Origin: Cyanophora paradoxa CCMP329 | Lineage: Eukaryota; Plantae; Glaucophyta | Direction of reading: 5' to 3' | Length of the DNA stretch: 64,000 nt | NCBI GenBank assembly: GCA_004431415.1 | Contig: QPMI01000121.1 | Coordinates: 124,001-188,000, forward strand | Shown: in pieces, positions 37,379 to 53,389 of the stretch | Layout: each line of letters starts with the position of its first letter | Numbering within the stretch: position 1 is the first letter of the stretch | Notes under the pieces: generated by a model | What the model was told of the DNA's origin: nothing | What the model saw: the letters and a program-made list of their open reading frames with translations, nothing else | Database searches by the model: none | Program-made: the position numbers and the translations under genes

Positions 37379-40300
37379 CTAGTCGTCGTAGATGCGGACG
37401 GTGGCGGCGGAGCGGGTCTGGAAGGCGAGGAGCGCCGCCATCGCCCCCGCCGAGCACACGAAGATGAAGTCGAACCAGCGGTGGTAGAACTTGAACTGCG
37501 CGGCGCGGAGGGGGCGCGTGAGGAGCGGCGGCGGCGGGATCGAACGCGTCGTCGGGGCGGGGCGGAACGGGGCGGGGCGGGCGGGGCCCCTCCTCACCTG
37601 GATATCGCCGAGGACCTGCGTGATGATGCGCCTGGCGGCGGCGGCGGATCGGAGCCGGGAGCGTCAGCCGGGGCCGGCGGGTGCGGGGCGGGGCAGGGCG
37701 GGGCCAGCGGGGCCGGGGCACCGGTAGGCGACGGGGAGGGAGGTGCGGATGAGGACGACGGACGAGATGAAGTACATCCCCATGATCTGAAGGGGGGGGG
37801 GGGCGGCCCGGGGGTACAGAGGATCAGCAACCAGCGGAGCTTGTCGGCAGTCCAGCGTGAGCCGAGCCGGGAGCTCGAGCTGGACACGAGCTTGAGCTTC
37901 TAAAACACTCTCAGGGACTCTAGAAGAATCTCTTGAATAGAATCTCTAGAATTACAACAAAAGTGCTTGAAATCTCTAGAAGTTCGACAAAATCAAGTTC
38001 CAGGCGCCGCCCGCCCGCCCGGCCGCCCGCTCGCCTGGGAGAGGAGGAGGATAACGGCGCCCGAGGAGATCCCCGCCGACATCGCCCGGAACTGGGGGGG
38101 GGAAGTCAGTGGGGTACAGCTCGGGATGGGGGGGGGGGCGGTGGGGACCCGCATGAGGTTCCGGAGGAGGCCGCGCATCTGGGAGGAGGGGGGGGAGAGA
38201 GAGAAGGTCTGTCAGGCGGGGGGGAGGGGGGCGTAGGCGGTGCAGGAAGGCGCGTATACGTATGTTCGAGCTCATTTAGAGACCCTCGTTTAAGACCGAG
38301 CACCGGGGCCCCCGGCGGTTCGGGGCGGGGCGGGGGGGGGACCTGGCTGGCGACGACGACGCCGACGAAGGCGAAGGCGGCGTGCTGCAGCCACGCCTCC
38401 GCGTCGATCTCGGCCCCCCGCACCACCTGCCCAGAGGCGCGGCGCGTGAGGCCCGCGGAGGCGGCGGGATCGCGGGGGGATCGATGGCGGTAGGGTTAAG
38501 ACTCTGCCCTGTCGGGCAACCCTGGCACGCGTGCCTGGCACGCGTTGCGGTGTCCCGTCGCGTTGCGGGAGGCGGCGGGATCGCGGGGGGCGGGGCGAGG
38601 CGGGCGGCTCGCGCCTGGAGGGCGATGCGGAGGGCGCGGGAGACGGGGTCCAGCGCCGCCGCCCGGTCCACCGCGATGTTCACCGTGCTCTGAGCGGCGG
38701 GGAGAGGCGGGGCGGGGCGGGCGGGGCGGGGCGAGGCGAGTGAGGCGAGGCGGGGCGGGGCGAGAAGGCGGGGCGGGGCGGTCGGGGCAGGGCGGCGGCG
38801 CTGCGGGCGCCTCGAGGTCTAAGGGGAGGAGCCCGCCGCTCCGCCGCGCGCCCCCGGCGACCGCCGGAACCCCCTAACGCTGCGCGCTGGCGCGGCGCGC
38901 GGCGGGGGGCGGCCTGAGAACCGGATCCCGCCGCTCCGCCTGGGAGTCTAGACCCTAACGCTGACCCCCCCCGTAACGCTGGCCCGCCTCTCAGACTCTA
39001 AGTCTAGACCCTCCTCCCCCCCCGTAACGCTGGCCCGCCTCTCAGGAAGGCTACGCTCCGCCCGGGCTCTCGCCCTCCCCCACTAACGCTGCGCGCTGGC
39101 GCGGCGGGCGGCGGGCGCACGATGACCATCTTGTAGACGCAGAAGAGGGAGAGGAAGTAGCCGGCGACGTTCAGCGCCCGACCCCGCAGCGTCCTGCTGA
39201 ACCGCGCCCGGCTCTGCCCCAAGCCCCGCGGCGTCAGCGAGGGGGGCCCGGGCCCCGCGGGAGGCGAGCGAGCCCGGGGGTGTCGAGGGCAGGGAGGCAT
39301 GGCCCGGGGGCGGCCAGCTTCTAGTCCGCCCGTCCCTTCGCGCACGGCCGTCTAGTAGGCAGTTGACGGCGCCGTCTAGGACACGGCCTGGGCGCGGCCG
39401 GCTTCTAGTCCATGCGGCGGGGCCAGCCTCTAGTCCTTCCGCCCCGCCCGCTCGCTCGCTCGCTACGTCAAAGGCATGGCCCGGTGGGGGGGCCCAGCCT
39501 CTAGTCCTTCCGGCTGCCTCCCCGGCCCGCTCGCTTGCTAGGTCTCTAGAGGCGTCGCCCGTTGACGGCTCCGTCTAGGGCGTGGCCCGGACGCGACCGG
39601 CGCGGCCAGCTTCTAGGTTCTTCCGGCGCGGCCAGCTTTTAGTCCGGCTGGCTCGTTGGCCGGCTCGCTCGCCAGCGAGCTTCTAGTCCGGCAGGGCGCC
39701 CGGCCTCGGTCGCTGGCTGGCTCGGGGGCTGGCCAACTTCTAGTCCGGCTCGCCGGCCCGCTGGCTGGCGCGCCTGCTCGTTGCGGAGGTCCCCGACCTC
39801 GGCGGCCAGCTGCCGCCCCAGCTCCTCCAGCGCCTCCACGTCCCCCTGCGCGCCCTCGATCCCTGGCCGTCGAGGGAGGGGGTGAGAGGCTCGACGGCTC
39901 AGAGGGCTGGGAGGAGGGGCGGGGGGCGGAGCGGGGCGGGGCGGGGCGCACGGGAGCGCTCCCGGTCCTCGGGGGTCGACCGCACGGCGCCCACCAGCCG
40001 CTGGAACATCGACCGGCCCTGGGCCGGCCCGCTCGCCGCGTCAGAGCTCGCGAGGGCGCGTGGGAGGAAGGAGGACGGGGTCGCACCCCCGGGGCGCCCT
40101 CGCCGGAGGCGGGAAAGCGGCGGGCGAGCTCGTGCCGCGACTCCGCGATCGCCGCCCGCTTCGCGTCGATCTGCGGCGCGCGCGTCAAACCAGGTGCGGG
40201 GGGGGGGGGAGGGGGGGGGAAGGAGGGGGGCGGGCGAGTCGTTTGCTTTCGCGCTAGGTCTAATCTTAGACGAGCGGGCGGGCGGGCGGGCGGGCCTGGG

Positions 40301-41951
40301 AGGTCAGCTGGTCCAGGCGCCTCTCGAGCCCCAGCAGCTGCTTCTCGTCCACCTGCCTGCGGGGGGTACGCGTTCCAGGCGGAAGAGGGCGGGGGGATGA
40401 AGCTGGGGGTACCGGAGGAAGATGGAGAGGTAGGAGTACGGGCAGTTGACGGCGCCGAGGCCCGAGAGCACCGCCATGAGGGATACCCCTACCTTTTTGG
40501 GGGAGGGAGGGGCATAAGCGCGGGGGAGTACGGGGTGCGCGGGGGGCGACGGGGGTACCACGCCGACGCGGGAGACCCCCTGCTCCACGGAGAGGAGACC
40601 TGCGGGGTCGAGTCGAGGCGAAGACCCTGGGGTACAGCGGCGCGGGCGAGGGGAAAGCGAAACGCGTACCCCGGCGGCTGGTGACGATGGGGAAGCGGCC
40701 GCCGAGGCCCCAGAGGAGCGCGACGAAGCCTGCGTCGGCGACCGCCGCGCCCAGGCCGGCCAGCAGGGGGTTCAACCCTGCCGGGGTACGCTATCAGCCA
40801 GGAAGGGGGAGGGGAACCGTTCGCGGGGGGTACGCCCACCGAGAGAGCGGGCGAGGAGGAAGGAGAAGCTGGCGGGGAGGACGAGGAGGAGGAGGGCCAG
40901 CATCACGTGCAGGTCCAGCTGCCGGGCAGGGAAAGGGGAGGGTAGGGGAAGGTCAGGCCAGGGCGACTTAGGGGGTCAACGTGAGCTAACGTTAGGCCGG
41001 CTTTCGCAAGAACAGTCGGGTGGGAAGGAGCAGCCGGGGGGGGGGGGGGGTACGCGGACCTTCCAGATGAACCAGCGGGAGCTGAAGGCCAGCACGTCCA
41101 GGATCTCGAAGATGACTGCGGGGAGGGGAGTACATGAGGAGCCGGCCCCGCGCGCGGGGGGCGGGGCCAGGGCGGGGCGGGGGGCGGGGCGAGGGCGGGG
41201 CGAGGGGTGGGGCGTGGGCGGGGCGGGGTCGGGGCGGGGGGCGCGGGAGGAGGCGGGGTACGGCGCACTGAGCTGGAACATGCTGCAGGAGACTGCGAAG
41301 GTAAGGCAGAAGAGGACGCGGACCAGCAGCGGCTCCCGCTTCGAGTCCTGCGGGCGCAACATTCGCCGACGAACTCGAGGAGGACGGGGCGGGGGAGGAG
41401 AGAGCGGGCGCCTTGGCGGAGAGCTTCCGGTCGAGGAAGTAGTGGCCGCCCGCGAGGAACGCGGCGAAGGAGGCGGAGACGACGAGCGCGTCCGCGAGCC
41501 CGCTGGCCGCCCCGGGGCCCCCGCCCGCCAGCTCCGCCTCAAGCGCTGGCTCGGGCGCCTCCGGCCCCGCCGCGTAAGCGCTCTCCGTCGCGTTCGCAGG
41601 CGCCGCTGCCGCCTCCTCCGAAGCCGCTTCGGGAGCGCCGCCCGCAGTTGCCTCCGAAGCGTCCTTCTTGCTTGCGGGCTCAGCTGGAGCCGCGGACTGG
41701 CCTTCAGGGGCCCGCGCAGCGTCTCCCTGGACGACCGCTGCCGGCGCTGCCTCCGTGCTCGGGGGCGGCGCGCTCGGCTGCGGTCGGGTCGCCGGCCTGA
41801 GCGCGTACGCGAGGCCCAGTACGCATACGAGGAGAAGGACCGCCCCGAACGCTGCCAGGCGGATCGCGTCCGGGTTGTTGCGCGCGAGGGCCCTGAGCCT
41901 GTGCTGGACGAAGCGGACGGGCTTCGGGAGGGTCCAGACCCCACCGGCCAT
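37379..41951 (-). CDS. GPR89: GPR89/Golgi pH regulator (plant GTG-like) membrane protein with an N-terminal extension
   Basis: Spliced LFCLTFAVSCSMFQLIIFEILDVL..SRWFIWK, MEQGVSRVGVVGVSLMAVLSGLGAVNCPY, GYFLSLFCVYKM, DPVSRAL, IMGMYFISSVVLIR and FKFYHRWFDFIF. Stop at 37381-37379. Confidence 0.92.
38870..39770. repeat. Degenerate intronic minisatellites in GPR89 introns
   Basis: Repeated CCCCCGTAACGCTGGCCCGCCTCTCAG and GGCCAGC(T/C)TCTAGTCC units. Confidence 0.6.
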
Positions 41952-42124
41952 TGCGCCCGGTCCTACAGACGTGCTAGAACCACTCGAATCGCAGCGGACG
42001 GACCAGGAGAGGGAACCAGCGTATCTGAGCGTAACTTTGTCCGGGTACAGCCTAATTCCGACATTCGGGTACCTCAAGTTCGCAATCTCAACACCTTTTT
42101 CCCGTCACGCTCGTCCCGCCCATC

Positions 42125-42876
42125 ATGTTTGTCACACTCGTCCCCGCCATCACCGAGACCCGGTCGTTCGTCCCGGCTCGGTCCCGGCGATCCGCGTCCC
42201 AGATCCCACATCACAGATCCGCATCCCCCATCTTCGTCGTCGCCTCCTCCCAAGTGAAGACCCCACCTCCCAAGATTGTCACTGGTGGGTCGTACGCCGG
42301 CTCTCTAGACGCTCCCCGGCACTCGCATTTTGCCCTTTCATCCCACGGCCTCGGCCGGCCGTGGTACGGCTCCGGCGCTGACATTCTCCTTTTTGCGGCA
42401 CAGTTGAGCCGGAGGCTTTCCCCCGGGTTTTCCCTGCCCCGCAGCCCGCCAAGCACGCGTGGCCCGCATCAGCGTGGAGTCCCTCTCGCCTGTGCTCGGT
42501 ACGAGCATGTTTGATATCACGCTCGGGTGCACGTGCTGATCCTCGGCTCAGTTGGCGAACGCGCTTGCTCTCGAGAGCGACTATCCCCATGAGACGCAGT
42601 GGGAGGCTGCCATCTGGGCCCCCGGCCGAATTGCCGACAAGATCCAGGTTCGTACATGTTTCTCCAAGCCCTTAAAACATGCTAAAGACCACGCGCACGC
42701 GGCACGAGCTGCGCGTCACCGTCACGTCTCTGACCGCGTGACCGCCGCAGCACATGGCGATGTCTTCCCCTACCTTCACCCACGAGCGCAAGATGATGGA
42801 CCATCCCGAGAACGGCACCTGGCCGTCGGCGATCTGGGCCCCGAAGCGCAGCCGCCGCGCCGTTCATACGCACTAG
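42125..42876 (+). CDS. 158-aa protein with a putative plastid transit peptide and three W-x4-W-x-P repeats
   Basis: Exons 42125-42284, 42404-42498, 42552-42647 and 42751-42876 join in frame with GT-AG introns. MFVTLVP.. Ser/Arg-rich leader; repeats WPASAWSP, WEAAIWAP, WPSAIWAP. Confidence 0.7.
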
Positions 42877-43496
42877 AAGCCGCCGCCGTTGTCGCGGCTC
42901 TCTGGTGGTTCCGTCCGGGCGCTCGGAGTATACAGCAGCAACGGAGATCGGCCACGCCGATTCTTAGCAGCAGATGCTTCCACAATGCAACCTTTTCAAA
43001 GCCCAGCGGCAATCATTTCAACCTTTTCTCCCAAGTATACGTTGTACAGGCTGTGGTAGTGGCAGCAGCAAGTTTGGTGAGTCGACGCTTGGCGCTAGTG
43101 TCTTGTCCTTATTGCAGCGGTTCTAGGTCGTCTCTGACGGCGGCTTTCAACCGGCTTCGTGTGAGTGCGTCTCACTTTTTAAGCTCTCGGGCTCCTCACC
43201 GCTCTCGCCCCGTCCTCCTCGGATTTCTTTTTTAGGAGTTTGCAGCAGAGTTTCTTCGAGTTTGTTTAGCGGGTAGACATCGATCGAGTCCGATCTCCGT
43301 AGGAATGATCCTTTGAAGAGTGTGCAGTGGTTTTGGTAGCTATAGGTATACAGCAAGCAGGCGGCGCGGGTCTCTATCTGTAACGATCTTGTTTTCTTTT
43401 AATTAAGGAAGAACACAGCTGAGGGCGTTCGACAGCTGAGAGGGTACCGGTCGTGACGGCCAGCACAGACGTGGCGCCGGCCGGCACCGGGCGGGG

Positions 43497-46569
<3,073 letters not shown>

Positions 46570-46814
46570 TTACCTGACCGGCGAGCAAGCCGCCGCAAGG
46601 CCGTTCAGGGGTGTACCCCGGAGGGCCGCGAGTCAGCGGCTGGTGCGTCCGAGGGCGGCCTCGCCGGGCGTCCCGGACACGTTGTTTGCCTTTGAAAATG
46701 GATTCCGGTGCGCATGCACCCAAGTTTCCCTGGCCTCCGTGACCCCGGGCGGGCCTTCTCGCTGTGCGGGCTAGCTGCGGCTTCAGCGAGACGTTCTGAG
46801 TCTTTGCATAGAGA

Positions 46815-49767
46815 ATGAAATGCCCTCTGTCTAGTTTGCATGGCTCCGAACGCCCGTACCACCAAGTTAGCCATGAAGATGGGGTTGAGGATCTTCGAAG
46901 CCTGCGCGATGGACGCCGGCGTTCACCTAGGCTGAGCATCGCTCTCGCAGTTCCAGCTGCATCGTCGAGCAACACAGGAACAGTGACGGTCGGTGCGCTG
47001 GCCCCGCGCCGCATCCGGCCCCGCGCGCCGAATCCGAGAGTCGCCGGTGGCTCACACGCGTGCGCAGCGTGTGCACATGGCCTTTCTTCCGGATCATGCG
47101 CCATCTGCAAGCCGGGAACGGAGCAGCCGGCGCCCAGCGCAGCGCGCAGGGCGGATGAGGCGCCCGGATCTGGCCTCCCGCCGCTTCCTTCGTCCGCGCG
47201 AGTGAAGCGGGAGCGGCCGGAGCTGAGTCCATCGGTGCGCCGACGCGGAGCGCTTCGGCGGGGCCGTCCGCCCGCCCGCCCGCCCGCCCGCCGGCCGCGA
47301 GCTGAGGTTCCGGGGCGCACAGACGGCGCGGGGGCAGCTGCTGGGGGCGGATCTTGTGGAAGGGCCCAAGCGCCCCAAGCTGGAGGACGGAGTCGATCCG
47401 GAAAGACCGCCGGACTTCAGCGGCGGCGAGAACGGAGAGCGCTCGCGGGGCGCCGACCCGCCCGACGGGGCCCTGTCCATCCACGTAGCCCTCCCCTCCT
47501 CCTCCCCCCCGGTCCCCGCCGCCGTGCCCGCCACGCACCGCATCGGCGACCGCGATCACGCCGCCGCGAACCCCAGGAGGACGTACCCCTTCCCCCCTTC
47601 CACCTCCTGCTCCCCCTGCGACCTGGCGGCCCCCTCCGTACCCCCCTCCTCCTCCGCCGGCCCCGCGCCGGCGCCGGCGCGGCCGCCGCCGGCGATGTCC
47701 CTCGGGCCGCCCATCGCACCCGAGGAACTGGCGAGAGAGCTCCTGAGCCTGAGCGAACGGTCGCCCGGGGAGCCGCTGCGGCGAGGGTCGGGCGCCGGCG
47801 GGGCACCAGGCGAGCCGGCGGCGGCAGCGGCGGCGGCCGACGTCGTGGAGGCCGCCGTCGTGGCCGGCGCGCTCGCCGGCGCCTCCGAGCGGACCGAGGC
47901 CTCCGTGCGGGGTACGACGTTCCTGCTCTCACCGGGGGTACGCGTTCCGACGTGCGAGCCCCGCGCCCCCCGCAGAGGCGATACGGGACGGGAGTGTCTC
48001 CGAGTGGCCGCGGGCCGCCCTGCGCCTCGTCCGGGCCCTCCAGGCGCGCCTACCCCCCGCCCGTCTTCCCCCCCCCCTCTTTTCCAACCGCACGGGGGGT
48101 GCAGGGCCAGGTCTCGGCGTACCGGACGGAGGTCGAGGTCCTGAGGCTCGTTCCCCCTCCGCCCCCGCTGCGCCGTACCCCGGTCGAGCTGAGCCGTGGT
48201 GTACCCCGCAGGGAGGGCCGGGAGGCGGCGGAGACCGAGAACGCGACGCTGTGGAGGCAGCTCCAGAAGAACGAGGTGCGCACCCCGCCCGGGCCGCGCG
48301 CTCCCCGCTTGCGCCTGGGAGGGCCGCTGGGCCTAGGGACTGGTGCCAGCGCCCTCCAACGGAGGGCCGCTGGCCATGGGCCTGGGGCCTAGCCTGCGGC
48401 TAGCTGTAGAGTCCCGGACCCGCCTCGCGCGCCCAGCCAAGGCGCCCTCCTCGCGCTCGCGCACCTGGCTAGCTGGCGCTACGCGCGTGAGATCTGAGCG
48501 TGGCGGGGGGGGCAGACGCGGATGGACGGGATGGCGGGGCGGGCGCGGGCGGCGGAGACGGAGCGCGCCTCCCTCCGCATCGACCTCCACTCCGCCGAGG
48601 AGCGGGTCCGTTTCGCCCCCGCCCCGCCCCGCCCCGCCCCGCCCCGCCCCGAGAGCCCAGGCGCTGCGCCTGCCGCTGCCGCTGCGCCGACGCCCGGGCA
48701 CGCCTGAGGGGCGCGGGGGCGGGGCCAGGCGCGGGAGGCGGAGCGGGCGGCGGCGGAGGCGTCGGAGCGCGGCGAGGAGCTCGCCGCCGCCCTCCAGGTT
48801 CCCCCCCCCCCCCCCCCCCCGCCGCCCCGCCCCCCCACTTCCTTCCCGGCCGCCCAGGGAAGGAAGCCGCCCGCCGTTCTAGGCGGCCTGCACGCGCCGC
48901 CTGCCGGCGCGCCCCGTCTGACCGCCCCGCCCCGGACCACGGCGGCACGCAGGAGCGGGAGGCGGAGCTCTCGCGCCTCTCCGCCCGCTACGCCCTTCTC
49001 GCCCCCGCGTGCGCCCCGCCTCTCAAGAAGAAGAAGCAGCAGCGGCAGCTCAGAAGCCTCTAACGGTCGCGCAGGTCGCGGGCGGCGCGGGCGCTCTCGC
49101 GGGCGGCGGCGGGCGACGCGGAGGCCCTCCGCCGCCTCGACGCCCCCGAGCTCGCCGAGGCCGAGACGGTGCCGTACCCCCCTGCCGCCCCCCCTCCCCC
49201 TCGCCCGCGGCCGACGCGCCCGGCGCGCAGCGGGTGGACGCGCTCCGGCGGAGCGTCCGCGTGCTTCGGGAGGCGCGCGAGGTCCTCGCCGTCGTCGCCG
49301 CGGTGCGCCGCCCCGGGCCCGGGCTCGAATCCCGCCGGGAACACTTTCACTCCGTTCAGGCGTTTGACGTCTGTCCACTGCGCCAGGAGCGCGCGCGGCG
49401 GGACGGGGCCGCCTACTCTTCCTCCGGCGCTCCCGCCTTCGGCCATTTCCCCTGCGGCCTCTCCGTGTCCGTTACCCCCGCCGGGTTCGCCCCCCCGGGG
49501 CCAGTCTCGCCCCTCTCCCCCGCCCCCTCCGCTTCCGCCTCCGCCAGCGCCAGCGCCGCGCCCTCGCCCCGGCTCCCCTCCTCCAGCTGGGCGCGGCCCC
49601 CGCCCCCGCCCCCGCCCCCGCCCCCGCCCGCGGAGCTCCCCGCGACCCCGCGGTCGCCGCCCCCTTCGTCCCACGCGCTCCCAGCGAACCTCTCGTCGCC
49701 GCCGGCGCCACGGGCGGACGACGTCGGGAGCCCCGCCCCAGGGAACGGCGTAGGCCTCCACCTCTGA
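46815..49767 (+). CDS. Hypothetical multi-exon coiled-coil protein with CxHG-x4-CxxC motif and Pro/Ser-rich tail
   Basis: CAHGLSSGSCAICK; NLS-like PKRPK; heptad-like exons (ETENATLWRQLQKNE, ETERASLRIDLHSAEER); stop 49765-49767. Start is uncertain. Confidence 0.5.
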
Positions 49768-50377
49768 GGGCCGACCGCCGCCGCCTCGCGCACTGCCTAT
49801 AAATAATTCCCGCTCCGATTCGCTTCAAGCACTCCGCTAAGTCTTCGGCTCTTAGTGTGTACGCACGTCGTTGTGCTCAGTAATACATTAACCCATGTTC
49901 CCCCTGGAAGAAAAAGAACTACGGCGGACTCAAAATGCCAGCATTCTAGCACTGCGAACAGTCAAACTCACTGAGTGGACCTCAATCACAGTCTTGCCAG
50001 CATGTCTGGTAAGTGGGGAACTTGTGAATCGCAGGCCAATGGCCTGTACTAGTGGCCCGGCCGCGTTTTGGCGCGCCGGGGGTGCAAGGGGGGAATCTGG
50101 ATCTAATGAAAGAGTAGTAGTGGCACGAACATGCACGGGGCAGATGTAGATCGACCCCGGCCCAGCGCGCGCGGCAGGACAGCGGCCGGGGCGCCAACGA
50201 GGTCGGCGCAGCGATGCGGCTGCGAGCAGAGGCTGGATCGCGAGGAAAAGCTACGCGGTACGGGCCAATCCGGCCCACGTGCACGGGCTGCGCGTGCTTC
50301 GGTGCACGTGCTGCGGTGCAAGCTTGATGCAGTCAAAAGTAGATCAGGCGGCACGGGTACCGTGCGGCGTACGCGGC

Positions 50378-50790
50378 GCACTGCGAGGAAGTGGAAATCC
50401 AGAGGAGATCGAGCAAGACAGCTAGGGAGAATTTTTAAGAAATTCCGTGCGGCGTGCGCGGCGCAGTGCGAGAAAGTGAAAATCTAGAGGAGATCGAGCA
50501 AGACAGCTAGGGAGAAGTGGTTCCATGCAGAACCGCGCAACGAAGAGCAAGGCGTACGCAACGCACTGCGAGGAAGCCGAAATCTACAGGAGACAGCTAG
50601 CTATAGGGAGAACTGGTTCCATGCAGAACCGCGGAAGGAATTCGAAGACCGGAATGAGAGAGAAGTTGGTTTCCAGGCTTCAAGTCGAGGAAAACTGGTC
50701 TTCGCTAGAACCGCGGAAGGAATTCGAAGATCGGAATGAGAGAGAAGTTGGTTTCCAGGCTTCAAGTCAAGGAAAACTGGTCTTCGCCCT
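50378..50790. repeat. Nested short direct duplications (incl. ~82-bp tandem unit at 50626-50788)
   Basis: GAACCGCGGAAGGAATTCGAAGA..AAAACTGGTCTTCGC occurs twice; AGAGGAGATCGAGCAAGACAGCTAGGGAGAA occurs twice. Confidence 0.75.
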
Positions 50791-51338
50791 CGAAAACCTT
50801 TTTTTGCATGGACGGCCGCAGCGACAAACACGTGTCGCTGCAACCGAATTTCGGCTCATTTTTTTCCCGCGTTGCAAACTGGACCTCGAAAACGGCCTCA
50901 TAGAAGAAATTTTGGCTGAAGCGAGGGAACGGGAAGCAAGGGGGGAAGACCTGCGGTCTTCTTTCCCCCCTTGCAATTTTTTGGCCTTTGGGCCTGTAAT
51001 TGATATAATCAATTCGATATGCATTTGAAGGCTGCCTGTGCACTCTTGACTCACTGAGGTCACTGAGCTAGGTTTTACAGGAGAAGGAAAAGTCACAGAG
51101 TGATGTACGAGTCTGTGACTTGTTAAAAAAAAGCCAATGGCTGCCCTCGCTCTTGCCAGTGAGTTCGGAAGTACACATCGGCAGAATCTGCCACTAAGTC
51201 GAGATTTTGGCTCAAATTTTATCTGCAGCTAGCGGTTCAGTGCACGTGCCGGCTGAGCAATTGTTTGATTTAAACACGTGCACCAACGTCGAAGTTTAAT
51301 TTGCAATCGCGATCGTTGCTTGTGTGATCATGATTCCG

Positions 51339-51606
51339 ACAAGCGAGTCCCTGCGGAGCAGGAGTGGCCTTGGGTCTTGGGGCTTCAAGGCGTGAGGGTG
51401 GCCGCTCTTTGTTTTAAAACGGGGGAGAGACCTCTCATAGGAAAACGGGCCCGGCCATCGCGTTCCCCAGGGTCGAAAATGGGGTAGTAGGTCTGTTCAT
51501 TTATGCGAATTTCGCTTTTTGAAATCCGTCACATCAAACCAACAGACCTAAGGGCCTCTCCTTTCCCCAAGGCCGACCTAAGGGCCTCTCCTTTCCCCAA
51601 GGCCGA
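51339..51606 (-). mobile_element. Internally deleted copy of the Helentron-like element at 21360-22168, with its 5' 30 bp tandemly duplicated
   Basis: The reverse complement matches 21360-21510 joined to ~22072-22168. CCTAAGGGCCTCTCCTTTCCCCAAGGCCGA occurs twice. Confidence 0.8.
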
Positions 51607-51760
51607 TTATCGATCGATCATGATGCCTATGTCCGGGTCAAGCTTGACCATGATCATGACCAAGTGTTTCCTCTCGGCCAACAAAAAACAACAAGCACAA
51701 GCTATATATTCAAATATTAATGATATCGATTAAGGTCATTTCAAGTTTTCTGAATAGTTC

Positions 51761-51797
51761 TGGGGGGGTGCGGGGGGGCGGAGCCCCCCTGCTTGTT
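51761..51797 (+). mobile_element. Possible orphan rolling-circle-element 3' end
   Basis: GGGGGGC-GGA-GCCCCCC hairpin followed by CTTGTT, the same terminal word as the 21360-22168 element. Confidence 0.35.
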
Positions 51798-53389
51798 GCT
51801 CTCTCTCTTCGCAATCGATTATTACGATCCATGTAAAGCTGAAGCGGTGGGATCAAAAGGCTTTATTATAAATTTAATGGGCCATGTCACGGCCCATGTG
51901 ACCTGAGGGTGAAGCTTGTTCTCTGGCCTCGGACAGGTTTTCTGGCCTCGAACAGGTTATTCGCCTCACAATTTCGATTCCTAGGCCTTCCTCAGGCCTA
52001 GGGCCTTTAACGTGCAACGAAAACGAGTTCAATGAAAAAGATATTATTTAGAAGGCTATATGGCAGTCATAATGGCACGCTTTCGAAGTTACATATATCG
52101 CGAACGCGTTTTATACAACACCCTGCTGGGAGCGTGCCGCCCATCTATATTAGCTAGGCTTTCCTACCTTGTCCTACCTTGAGCTTGACGTGGACGTGGG
52201 TCGACCAAAAACTGGGATATTTATATAACGACCACCGGTACCGTATAACGATTGCCCGCCTCGGCCGACTTTTGTGATCCCTTTGACTGCCCTTGTGCAT
52301 GTTCTTGATCCCCCTGGTCCGCTTTCGCGCCGTTCCCCTTTACCTCGAGCTCCTTCTCCTCCGCCTCCGGATCCTCTTCGTGATCGCCTTGTTGTTCCCC
52401 TTACTTGTCTGCTCCCTGTGATATATCTTTCTCACTTCTGTCCTCCTTGGTCGGTTTCGTCTACTGTAGATCTCGGTGCTGATTCTAGCTCTTTCTCGTG
52501 TCTCTCTATTTCCTCTTCTTTGCCTTCTAACTCTGTACTACGGTAGCTCGATCTCCGTCTCGGATTTTCTCGTCCGTCATCTCTTCTCGGACTCTCTTCC
52601 TCTGCTGTCGATTTTGGCTCTTTGTTTTGTTGCTTTTAGTGCTCTTGCCTTAGTTTTCTTATTTCAGTCGTTCTCTTTGTTGTATATGCCCCCTGGGCAG
52701 CCCCCGCAGTGCTGGTGTCTAGCTATAGAGGCTGTGGCCGGTAATTCACCAAAAAATATATATCGATACATCCGATACCGGTATACCGTATTATGTATAT
52801 ATGGTCTGTATATATATAGTTACATTTGTTAGTAGATGTTATCATACACACTTCCCACTTCATGCCTCCCGTGTTCGAATCGCCCTGCGATGAGAATCAC
52901 GCCGTTACGCCATCGAATCCCGCCCGTTCCAGAATTTCGATCAATCATGCCCTACCTGGCCTGTACAGGCGCCCACAGACTATAGCTAGGGCCACAGTCA
53001 TGGCACAGTGCTGGAGTAGACTAGCTAGTACTAGAGGCTACCGTAATCCAGAATATTAAGGTCTGCATTTTATTATGTCATCCCCAAATTATGTCGCCGA
53101 AAACTTGACATGACGACATAATTTGAGGACGACATAGTTGGACGTGCTTAGTGCTACCCCCCCAATTTACCGCCCCATACAAGCCTGAAAATTTCATGCC
53201 GACATAATTTGGGGACGTCATATTTCTCATAGAGACTCTGAGAAGGGTCCGGATTTCAAACGACATAAATTTGACCGTCATATTTTCCTGGATTACGGTA
53301 TACATGTGGGCCGGTGATGTGGCCGCCGGCCGGTAACTTAGTAATAACTTAGTAATAACGTACTTGAAAACATTCAATTATTGTCTCTC

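Noticed and set aside
52274-52832. Hydrophobic ORFs as a membrane protein
   Set aside because: Arise from a CT-rich low-complexity tract within a TE-rich spacer; no splice or homology support.
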